Positions 39,095 to 49,564 of a DNA stretch of 64,000 nucleotides are shown here, piece after piece. The notes beneath the pieces are model-generated. The model had not been told where the DNA came from, did no database searches, and was given only the letters and a program-made list of their open reading frames with translations. Source of the DNA: the human T2T-CHM13v2.0 reference genome, Homo sapiens; NCBI RefSeq assembly GCF_009914755.1, contig NC_060929.1; one strand, written 5' to 3'. The translations under genes were made by a program, and so were the position numbers. Numbering within the stretch: the first letter of the stretch is position 1; each line of letters opens with the position of its first letter.

Positions 39095-39572
39095 GGTGGA
39101 CCCAGGCATCATGATTTTTTTTAAGCTCCCCAGGGGTTTCCAAGGAACAACGACTGCTGTCAGTACATCTGGCCCCTTAAAGACTAGAGCAGAATACCCA
39201 GGGGTGTGGTTTTTTGGTTTCTTCCCAATCTGTCAATCACATTTTCTAAAGTCTGATTAATCTATTCCAAGTTTCTCTCTCTTCCTATCCCTGGAATAAA
39301 CCCCTGACATCGTCCCACCAGCCTCCCCAAGCCTCTGTGGTCTCCCGCTCTAATTTACCACTCTTGCTACTTTTCTGTCTGAGCAATTCACCAGGCTCGG
39401 TCTTATTTACTTGCAACTCTTGGGCTGAATACTGCAGCTTTCCTCCTTGAACCAGTGCCTGACACACAGTTAGTGCACAACAGATATGAGAACCCAGGTT
39501 CTATCATGGCTGCATGAGCAGGAGAGGCCAGGTCAGGAAGGGTTTTTGTATGACTCATTGGCCTGTTGTACC

Positions 39573-39869
39573 TTTTTTTTTTTTTTTAAGACAGAGTCTT
39601 GCTCTGTCACCCAGGTTGGAGTGCGGTGGTGCGATTTTGGCTCACTGCAACCTCCGCCTCCTGGGTTCAAGCAATTCTCTTGTCTCAGCCTCCTGAGTAG
39701 CTAGGACTCCAGGCGCCCGCCACCATGCCTGGCTAAGTTTTGTATTTTTAGTAGAGATGGGGTTTCACCATTTTGGTCAGGCTGGTCTTGAACTCCTGAC
39801 CTCAGATGATCCACCTGCCTCGGTCTCCCAAAGTGGTGGGATTACAGGCGTGAGCCACCATGCCTGGGC
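39573..39869 (-). mobile_element. AluS SINE
   Basis: Poly-T plus full antisense Alu; TSD TGGCCTGTTGTA(C/T)CTT at 39559-39574 and 39870-39885. Confidence 0.96.
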
Positions 39870-39885
39870 TGGCCTGTTGTATCTT

Positions 39886-40290
39886 ATGCTCATCGCAGCC
39901 TTCCCCCTGCCCTGGTCCTCAGGCATCCCTGCAGGCTTTTGCTCAGCTAGCTGCTGAGTCATGTGGTCTGTGAAGACTGGAGAGCTGCAGGAGAAAAGAA
40001 GCCCTGAGAGTCCTCACCTTCTCTTTCTGCTTTGGCAGCATCACCAGCTGTGGCTGGGTCTTTTTTCTGGACTCCAGCTCCTGTCGAGAGACCCCTGTTA
40101 TGATTTTGGCTCCCCCGGACAGCCCTGGCTCCTGGGCTTTGGTGACATCACCTCTTTCCTTTGACCCTCAGGCCTCATTCCTGGCTTGCTGCTGGTGCTG
40201 ATCTTTGGATTGCCTTACCATTGCCCTTGTCATTTCACCTCTTTCTCCACCTTTGCAACAACTCCCCTGTATTAAATTTCCCCTTCAGCT
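39886..40290 (+). mobile_element. ERVL-type (LTR33-like) LTR fragment
   Basis: CCCTCAGGCC...TGCTGGTGCTGATCTTTGGATTGCCTTACCATT...CACCTTTGCAACAACTCCCCTGTATTAAATT. Confidence 0.45.
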
Positions 40291-40649
40291 CTTTTGTTAA
40301 TGGGGCCCTGGCAGATTTAGCCTGAAATGCTGCTCTGAGGAGTCTGGGTTTCATGCTTTCTGGTAGTTGATTTGACATCAGGAGAGGCTTTTGAGAAGGA
40401 CGTGATATGATCAAATGGAACAAATGGGTGTTTGATATTGGGGGTTTCATGGATGCCCTAGAAAATTTGTAAATAGCCTTTAAGTGTCTATGAGCATGCC
40501 ACAGTTGTCTGAAATTTTATGCATATGTGCAGAAGTGACTTTTTTGTGTGTGTGGGAAGAGATCCTATAGCTTTCATCAGATTCTCTGTGGGATTTTAGA
40601 ATATCCTAAGAACTACTGGACTAGAAGTAGGATCAGTTAGCAATGCAAA

Positions 40650-41140
40650 TCACTCAATGCATCAGAGTCCCAGCAGGAAACAGAACTCACTGGAGATGGT
40701 TCTGCTGGAGACTTTAAAGAAGGGGCTACTTCAGAAGTGTGGGCAGAGGTAGGTGGACAGACAAGAGATGGGAGGCACCCCAAGTTTAGCACCAGTGGGG
40801 AGCTGGTATCCCCAAGGATGAAGGGCCAAGGGGAGGAAACTGAGGGACTGGGGCCCATGATAGTTGGAGCCCTGGAGGAAGAGCCTCTCGGTGGAAGCAG
40901 GAGTGCTGGAGGGACACAGTCTTCTTCTGAGATGGGGAGTCCAAGCAGGGGACAAGGACACAGTGTAGCTTCTCTCTTCCCACTTGACTGGCCATTAGTG
41001 CCTCCCCTCGTCTCTAATACAGTTGGAAGCCAGCAGCCAAGGGTGTTTGGGTGATGTGGTCTGTGGGGTCAAAGTGGGGGAGAGAATGCAGTAAATGGGT
41101 AGATTCGGACAGAGCAGGGTAGACGGAGAAAAACCAACAT
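40650..41140 (-). mobile_element. LTR33-like ERVL LTR
   Basis: CAGAGTCCCAGCAGGAAACAGA...TTTAAAGAAGGGGCTACTT...GTGTGGGCAG...TTGGAAGCCAGCAGCCAAGGG; similar to the 7395-7900 copy. Confidence 0.6.
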
Positions 41141-43843
41141 TCACAGAACCAACACATTCACAGAAAATACGTTACTTAGGACTTCCAGCATTGTGCAAGA
41201 AGGAAATTGACAGAAGTCATGTTTGGTAGTTGCCGGCATCATTCCTCACGTTCTGACTTCTGGATTCTGCTTTTCATCAGTCCCTTCTGCACTAACTTGC
41301 CCAGCCTAGTAAAGTCATATAAAGAGAAGCAAAATTCAGAGGATTCTTTTGTTGTTGTTGTTAACCTTTTCCTTCCACTGCTACTTACAAGCTCTCTGAC
41401 GTTGGAAGTCACAAAAATGTCTCTGAGCCTCATTCATCAAGTATGGAAGAGGTTGGGTTTGATGTTTTGCATTGTGCCTTCTGGCTTGAAGGTTTTATGA
41501 TGCTTTAAGAGGGTCTTTGGCTTCCTCCTTATGAAAGGCATGTAGTGCTCTGGCCCCTTCTAAAGGGGTGAGCCGCCTTCCCTTGCCCGTTGTCGCCTGC
41601 AATGGTTTGAAGGCTGGAAGAGAGCACAACAGCAGTACCCCAGTCCTCCAAGGAACAGACCGCAGCAGGTTATTAGCATTTTATCGACTTTGGCTCTGCT
41701 GTTGATTGTCAGGATCTGTAGTGAAATACTTTAATATACATTTGAGTCTAAGTGTTACCCAGGCCGAAGGAGCACTAATTTTGAAGATATGTTTGCATTA
41801 TAGCCTGTGTTCTAGAGAGACCCAATATAAAGAAACACACCCAGCAACTCTGCTTACTCGGCTGGTGGAGGGAATTGAGGATTGTTGCTGAAGGGAACTC
41901 ACTTTTGTATGCATTTCAGAGATTTAATTTTATTAGCCAATGCAAATGATCTGTTCCACAAATGTAAAACAAAAGGACAAGAAAATGATCCCTGTGTCAA
42001 CATCAGGATGTCTGACTTAAAATCCCATTCGAATAACTCCCTAAAAATGATCAGACACTGAATACATTATTTTTCTGACTTTGACAAAACTAGTCTGCAC
42101 AAAGAAGCAGCCCCATGAGGTTACGGATAAACCAACCACCTTAAAACTTCAGCATTTTCATGTCAGTCACAGATTTTCTTAAGGGCCAACTCACTGTTTA
42201 AGGACTAATGTGTTTGGAGAGGGAAAAAAACCACACTGTGTTATTAAGCAGAATCCCCTTTACATACAGGGATCGGATCAGTTTGCCCGGATTGTGTTGC
42301 CTGCTTTATTGTCCTACTTCAAACACGGGGCCCTGGGCATCATCTCGAGGAAGGGCTGATTGAACTGTCGGCCTGACACTTGTCAGCTGTGGATAATACG
42401 GGCTTCAGTCCGTCATGCTCACACATAAATGAACCATGACAGAGATAGACTGTTGAATAGAAAAAGCAGTTTTACTGTGGATAACCTTTCTTGAATAAAT
42501 GCAACAAATAATAAAGTCTGAAAAGGGGGAACATGTACCTTAGGAAAGCAGTGACGTTCAGAACCAAACGGTTATTATCTTTTTGGGCCATCAAAAATTG
42601 CCCATTTATCCAAGTACATTATTGAGAGAAAAGCTAAAAGTGCTATGATTATCATAAAAATGATGGCAGTTGAATCTATGCAGTCTTCAATATTATATCA
42701 CATAACAAAACCTAGTTACAGCTCACCAGGATTGAAAAAGGAGGCATTGTTTGTGTACCAAATGGAATCCACAATTGTTCTTAGAAAATGGTGGCACACA
42801 TCTTAATTAAAAGAGCAGAAAAAGAATCTAAAGCTCTTCTTTATGTCTTTAAAACACTTCTCCTTTTTTATTAAAAGAAGAAAAAAACAGAACTCCCAGT
42901 AGAAATTGTGGAAACTCTACATTTCAATCAAGACAGTCAAAAGAATGATTTGAATTTACAGGCCTGTAATTGGAACAAATTGGAAACAAAAGAAGAGCTC
43001 GTTTAAGCCACGTGATGTGGCCACAGTGCTGCCGTGTACAGTATGTTAGAAAAAAAAAATCATGTTTCTTTAAAGCAAAGCTAACTCCACTGCAGGCTCT
43101 GAGCAATTTGCATAAATGTCTCTACCATGATTTTTTTTTTATTTATGGGCCCTAAGTTTCTAATTAAATACTAATTAATACTATCACCAGAATTGTCTCC
43201 CATCCCCAGCTCTTCATAGCTTTGTCACTTTGATTAATGCACAGTCATTTATTAACTTATTTAACAAGCCGGGGTGCCTCATGACAAACTAGATTAAATT
43301 ATCCTCATAACAGTCTCATTACTGGAAAAAGGGAGTTTTAAACTTAATAAAAATTATCCTCAATAATGTTAAAGCTTTTTCACCATACCCTTAAAAGACA
43401 GAAATAGGTTTCTTGTTTGATTTATAATATAAGGAGTTGTATAAAGCATCCATTAATAAAATTTATAAGTTCATTTAAGCTTGCACATTACAGTAGTGCT
43501 GTAGCCTTGGGTGCTTATTATTTAACTTTTGCTGTAGTTATGAAGATAATTAATGTGCTGACCAGACAGGGACTAAAATACCCACCAGAACAAGATAATT
43601 AGAGACATAAATAATGTTTAGGTTCTTGTGTGCTGCTCTTAAAATTAATTGTTTTGTTTTCCATCCAAACTTGATAAAGAAGAAAATAAGAGTTTACCAA
43701 GGAACTGTACGATGAAGGTGAGATGTTTGTTTCGGTGGACTGGCAAATGCTAGCAAGTCTGGCAGTTTTTGGGCTGGAGGAGGGAGCAGATGTGTCAGGG
43801 GATTTGGCTCCTTCTGGGAAACTGTTCGACCCTCATTGCTCTC

Positions 43844-43862
43844 TGTCGCCCTCTGGTGGCCA
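43844..43862 (-). promoter_or_regulatory. Strong CTCF-binding motif
   Basis: Reverse complement TGGCCACCAGAGGGCGACA closely matches the CTCF core consensus TGGCCACCAG(A/G)GGGCGC, with CpG retained in non-repeat DNA. Confidence 0.7.
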
Positions 43863-45392
43863 GGTCCTGGTGACACGCACACCTTGCAGCCAGGCCTGTT
43901 TGTCAGTGGTAGGCGGAGGGGTGAGGCAGAAGTGGGAGCTGGAGGAAGTCTCTTCATTTAAGTGCTGGGATAAACTTCTCATCTCAGTCAGATTCCAGGA
44001 GAAGGGGGGGCCCCAGAGGGAGCTCAGCATATCTATGGCAGCAAATCTTCCTTGCTGACAAAGCAGAATCCAGGAAGCTGTGGCTCACTCAGGCCCTGCC
44101 GGTCTCAAAATAAATAGGCACAAACGCTTTAAAACATGCGTGGAGCGCTGACCCTCCATGGGGCTGTGTGCTAAAATAAGTGTTCAGCATGTTCGGAGGG
44201 CAGATTCTCTTTTTATTTTCAGTTTCTTGCTAAAATAGCACCCTTGTTAAGGGTCTAGGTGACCCGGTAGGAAGAGCAGGGAAAGGTATCTGCTGACGGA
44301 GGGTCTACTGTCTAAATTTCCTTCTGGCCTGGGCCGTCCTGAGTCTTTGGGTGGGGTTGTGGGAAAGGCGCAGTAGCTCCCTGGTCAAACAGGGAGCTGC
44401 CACCCTGTGTAGACAACACTTCACCACTGACAAGGCACCTTGGCATGTATCGTGCTGTCTTCACCCCTCCAGAGCCCTGTGAGACCAGAGGGAGGGACTG
44501 TTACTATGGTTGCTGAGGGGTCACGTGCTGATTTCAATCCACAAACCGGCCGGCTGGTGACTTCCTTGCCGGGAAGAGCACCTGGCTCCTTTTCTTTCGG
44601 TATCTGAAGTCCTTTCTGCTTTTCCGCACCTCACCCCCAGTTCTTCTCTCTCACACCCTCCTTCTCCCGCTCACCTTTTCTTTTTATCCTTGATTCAGAG
44701 CAGAGATAACAATAACTCTACTTGTTCTCATACTAAAATAGCTCACTTGTCAAAGCTGCAGGGAGACTGGTGCCGCGGAAATTCTGTGAGCAGAAGAATG
44801 GCTGGGAGAATTTTCTCCGAGTTTAGATTAGAGCGCTTCATGGTCAGAGTCCTCTCCCATTCACTCCCATCCCTGGGAGGTAAAAAGACAGCAAACGTCT
44901 TCATGATTTATAACTCTTGTTTAGCATTGATTCAGAGCTCCATCTTTGCAAGTCTATTAGTAGAGACCTATTAGTGGAGGTTGGCTTTGGCCAAAAATAG
45001 ATCAACGTTAGGCCAAATCTTAGCTACCTGATTCATTCAGTTTCCTCCAGGCAACTTCATTTGAATTCAGGGTATTAGGTTCCCAGGCTTGCCCAGGATT
45101 CTGCTTGGGCAAGGAGGCCAAATTAAATGAAACAGGGCCTCTAGGAGCCAAGTGAGGGGATGTCCTAGATTAAAATAAAAGCGCAGGAAGAGAAGAGCTC
45201 TCGGTCGGTGAAGGAAGGTGAAGGCCCAGGTGATCTTATTCCTGTCTGGGTCCTTCCACTGGAGTTCCCACTGGCTTCATCATGATGGCCTCAGGAGTGG
45301 AGGGGCAGAGGGGAATGGTGGCTAGATGGATGCAGGCCACAGATTAGGGATGCATAGTTGGGAAGAACACAGGAGAAGAAGAGAGAGTTTTT

Positions 45393-45567
45393 CAGTGGTG
45401 CTCAAACTTTAATGGGCAAAACTTTGTTTAAATGCAGAGTCCCTTGCTCCAGTTTCAGACTTGCTAATTCTCTTAGTCTGAGATGACACCAGGAATCTGC
45501 ACTGATAACAGGGCTTTAGTGACTTTGATTCAGGGGTCAGTCCATGACCAGTCATTAAGAAACACTG
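45393..45567. mobile_element. MER5-family fossil
   Basis: CAGTGGTGCTCAAACTTT...TTAAATGCAGA...CCAGGAATCTGCA...AAGAAACACTG. Confidence 0.65.
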
Positions 45568-45664
45568 GACGAGGAAGGGAGAAAGAGAAGATAAAAGAAC
45601 TGTAGGAAGTGAGGGAATTTTGCCTAAATCATGTTTACCTCCTGAGAAAGTGCCATAGCTGTCT

Positions 45665-45761
<97 letters not shown>

Positions 45762-45780
45762 GACAGAGAGAGACAGAGAG
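45665..45780. repeat. Compound microsatellite (TC)13(TG)9(AG)22 plus degenerate AGAC/AG repeats
   Basis: Read directly from the sequence. Confidence 0.97.
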
Positions 45781-48700
45781 AAAGAGATGCCCTCCATGGC
45801 CAGAGAGGAAGGTAGGTCAAACACATATCCTTGGCTCTTCCAGCACCTCTCGTTGTGCTTACCCTGGAGGCCCTGCTCAAATCCAGTCTACATTGTGTCC
45901 ACTGGAGGCTGCTCTTTAAGCTCTGTCACTCTCCTGCTCACCCCTTTCCTCTGACAGCGGCATCCTTCTGTGAGGGGACATCTGAAGGAAATGGGGGTAC
46001 AGCTGTGCCCTGAGCCAGGGTTGCTGCCAGCATTGAAGAGAAGATTGAAAGAGCCCTATTTCCCACCTCCATACAACCTTCTGGAATAGTCAAGTGCCAA
46101 AATGGCCTTAATTAAACTGCCTCAGGCACATTCTGAGGGCCAGTCTATTGCTTGGGCCATTATGGGCAGACAGAGGTGCTGTGAGGGTAAGGTACCCTCA
46201 CACAGCTTCAGAACTAAAGGCGCCCCAGCTGGGATGTCCTGACCTGTCAGGGCTCTCTCTATTGTTCTCTTCATGCCTTGGTAACCACGTAGGCAGAGCG
46301 ATGTGGATGCCACATGTGTGCACAGATCAATGCATTCATGGTCACAGGCAAGTGCCAGGCACTGTGCTGGGTGCTGGCAATAGATGAAGATGAAAGACGT
46401 TTTCTTGCAAACTAGCTTCACTGTTGCCCCTTGAAGGCTCTCAGTGACATTGCCCCGAGCTGAAAGAGTATATCCAGAGGTTACTGGGACTGAGTGTGTC
46501 TTCTAACACCACTTAGACACCTGGCAGAGAACAGGACACTCATGACTAGACTGGCTCAGGGATGGCTTTGTAGGGTGGATGTGACAGAAGGAGAAGAGAG
46601 TGATAGGGTTTAGGGCTGTGGTCCCTAAACTGGAGTACACACACCCTCAGGGGCTGTACAAAATGCTCCAATGGGAATGGGCAGAAAATACTGAAATGCT
46701 TATTATATTGGCCTTCTAAAATCATGTCATTTGTGCCTTTCCATTTTCGTGATATGTTTTAAAATGAAGAAAATGTCAGCCCAGTAGTAAAATGTATGCG
46801 ATTTATGAACATATTGGGGCTATGTGCTCGATTCTTTTCTTGCTTCATTGCTGGCTGTGCACTACGAAGCAGGTTCATAGGCTGTTGGTTTAGGAAGGGG
46901 GCTATTGTAAAAAATGGGGCTGAAGTGCTAGGCCCTGGAGTGTAGGTGGGAGGGGGAAGGAAGCAAAACCAAAAGGGGGGGATGAGAGAATGAGGAAATG
47001 GGAAGAGCAGACATGGACGGGCTCAGGGAGATTGAAAGTCAGGGGCAGCGGGTTGAAGGGAACCGGGATCTCAGTAGAGGAGGCTGTGATGAGGCTTCAG
47101 GATACAGGTTGAGAATATCTCAGGTGGGACCACTCTAGGCCATTCGCAGGTTAGGGGTGTCACCAGGTGAGGGAGGGAAAGAAAGGGACGGCAAGTGTAT
47201 TGGATGTGCTGCCCACAGGGAGGGACATTAAAGTGCCCACCCTGATGGCAAGATCTAGGACAGAAAAGAAGACAGTAAGTTACCAAGGTGTGAGCGGAAG
47301 GTTCAGGTGGTTTTGGGCAACCAGGTGGCTAAGAGAGGGTGGGGGGGGTTTACATACAGGTAGAAGGACACAAAGCCCTTTCCAGTCCCCAGGAGTTTGG
47401 GGCCATGAAGCGCTCACTACCTGGGGTAGGCTGGGCAGCACCCGGGAGAGCCACGGTCCCTGCGGTCACAGGAAGAGGATGGAGTGCTCCGCCCTCCCCA
47501 CGAGCTTGGTTGCGTTGCTCACCCTGGAACCAAGGTCCCAGAGGGCACTGGAAGAGCCTTTGGATGTGAGGGATGCAGCGGGAGTGGGTGTCTCGGTGGT
47601 CAGAGCAGCTGGGGGGAGCCTGTGGGAGGGGAAGGGACAGCAGAGGGCTGCTCACACCGCCTGCGCCTCCTGTGTGCGCTGCCTCTACATGCTCTGCTTG
47701 GGATTTGTGGAATCGATTTTGTGAGCGTCACCAGCTTTTTAACAATATTATTATTTTAAGGAATGTACAAATGTCTTTTCATTCAAAAACACAAAATAAG
47801 TTATCAGTAGGCATGGACAATGACAACTACAAACCATCGTATACTTGGCCAAACGGAACCCTTTACTGAAACCTGTAACCTTTTCTTTAATCTCTTGTTT
47901 GAAGTGATTTCTCTAAGATTATTGGTGAGAAGCACAACTCTGAGCTTCCCGTAACAGTTCCTGAGTAGTGATAAAGCACTATTTAAGGAGTTAGAACTCG
48001 CTGCCTCCCATGCCACCTCCACCCAGTCTGCCTGTGCCAGGGTCCTTCTCTTTAGGATCTTCCTGACACCTTCTTCTCTGTTTCAGGCAGAGAAGCAGCA
48101 GCCCTACCTACCATAATAGTGACAATGATGCCTGTCCCCCTCCCCACCATCCTCTCCCCTGTGCAGCCAAAGATCTCCCCGCAGGGCTTCACAACTAACT
48201 TCTGAGGGGCTTCACACAATGTTCTCAGCTGTCAGGGATCTTCCTAACGTCTGCTCTTGTCAAGGTCACTGCAGGCATTTTGAATTGAATGTTTTATAAA
48301 ACAATTTCTGTATCAGTTTTTTGATCTTTATTAGTTGCAGTTCATGAGTCCCAAATTGGAATACGCTGAAACCAAGCCCAGCCACCTCTTAGAAAGAAAC
48401 CTCCTTCAAAAGCAGCTGGAACCACCTTGAGTGTCTCTGGGGCTACTTCTTTTTATTCACTCGGCCTCACCTGTCCCACCAGCCCTTGGCATGGCTGTTC
48501 TACCTGAAATTTTTGCTATGTGTTCATTCATACTCACTAGCATTGACCTTTCTTGAATGTATTTTTCCATTTGAGGCTCATCACCTTTCTTTTTCAAAGG
48601 CATGGTGGCATCATCTTTGGTCACAATGACTTCTACTTTTTCGAGGCTGAACATCTTCAAGATTTAGAGTGAGCCCCTCCTCTTCAAACACCTGCAAAAA

Positions 48701-48864
48701 CATTTAAAAATAAGCTAGTTTCAGGGTATGGTTTTTCTTTAGTCTACCAAATTTATTCATAATACATTATGCAGGTGTTTTGAATGGAATCCAGAAACCT
48801 CTTTAGATACCATATTTCTCTGAAATGTGAGAATGGAAGATCATTGCTATTCCAGGACAAGTCT

Positions 48865-49070
48865 TGTGCATAGAGCTTTTTATTGCTTTAATTTGCATTA
48901 TTTCATTTACTCCTCAGAACTCTGTCAGTTAGTAACAGCTTGATCATGCAGATGAGTTAACGGAACCCAGAGGAAACTCGCCCAAAGTTACACAGTTAGC
49001 AGTTGGTGGAGCCAGGACTAGATGCTGGGCCTTGACTCTCAGTCCAGTGTTCTGTCTACTAGATCATTCT
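48865..49070 (-). mobile_element. MIR SINE
   Basis: CAGATGAGTTAACGGAACCCAGAG...GCCCAAAGTTACACAGTTAG...GGAGCCAGGACTAGA...TGACTCTCAGTCCAGTGTTCT. Confidence 0.75.
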
Positions 49071-49291
49071 GTCTTTCAGATCATTCTAATCTGAGGACAG
49101 GTAGACAGGAAGATCATTCCTGATCAGGAGCATGATGCTTAGACCTAAAAGGGACCCTGTTCTGTATCTAATTCAACCCCCGTCCTCCTAAATATTCAGT
49201 GGATGTATCTAACTAAGAAAAATGCAAACTATAGGACTGTATACCTATAAATGTTATCCCTGGAAAGAAAAGTAACATTTGGTAAATGTAC

Positions 49292-49388
49292 AAAAAATAT
49301 GGGAAAAATTTGCATGTTATCCTTGTGCAGGGGCCATGCTAATCTTCTCTGTACGGTTGCAGTTTGAGTCTATGTGCTGTTAAGCAAT
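49292..49388 (-). pseudogene. U6 snRNA retropseudogene
   Basis: AAAAATATGG...AATTTGCATGTTATCCTTGTGCAGGGGCCATGCTAATCTTCTCTGTAC...TATGTGCTG is the reverse complement of U6 (ACAGAGA box intact), with substitutions and a ~7-nt deletion near the 3' end; no recognisable PSE/TATA upstream. Confidence 0.93.
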
Positions 49389-49390
49389 CT

Positions 49391-49564
49391 CCAGAATATT
49401 TTAAAATGAATCTACGACAATAGAAAAGATCAAAGTGTGTCACATAGTAAGCATTGTTTTGTAAAACGTTTGTGTAAGTTGCATACATGTGTGCACGTGT
49501 GTGGATCAGGATGTAAAGTTTCCTTCTGACTGTGGGTTGTGCCAGCAAATGTTGGGAGCCACTG
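49391..49564. mobile_element. hAT-Charlie-family fossil fragment
   Basis: AGAAAAGATCAAAGTGTGTCACATAGTAAG...GATGTAAAG...ACTGTGGGT...GCCACTG terminus resembles old Charlie MITEs; subfamily uncertain. Confidence 0.5.

Larger units (their letters stand above)
37870..39160. mobile_element. MER5-family host element split by MER63 (halves ~37870-37980 and ~39095-39160)
   Basis: Left half ...GATGCCAAGGTCACATCCCAGAACAATTAAA.. continues as GGTGGACCCAGGCATCATGATTTTTTTTAAGCTCCCCAGG after the MER63 end. Confidence 0.65.

Noticed and set aside
45609-45954. ORFs with ER/SL dipeptide runs
   Set aside because: Translations of the (TC)/(TG)/(AG) microsatellite.
49292-49388. Functional U6 snRNA gene
   Set aside because: Multiple substitutions, a 3' deletion, a damaged 5' stem and an upstream flank that is a transposon fossil rather than a PSE/TATA promoter.
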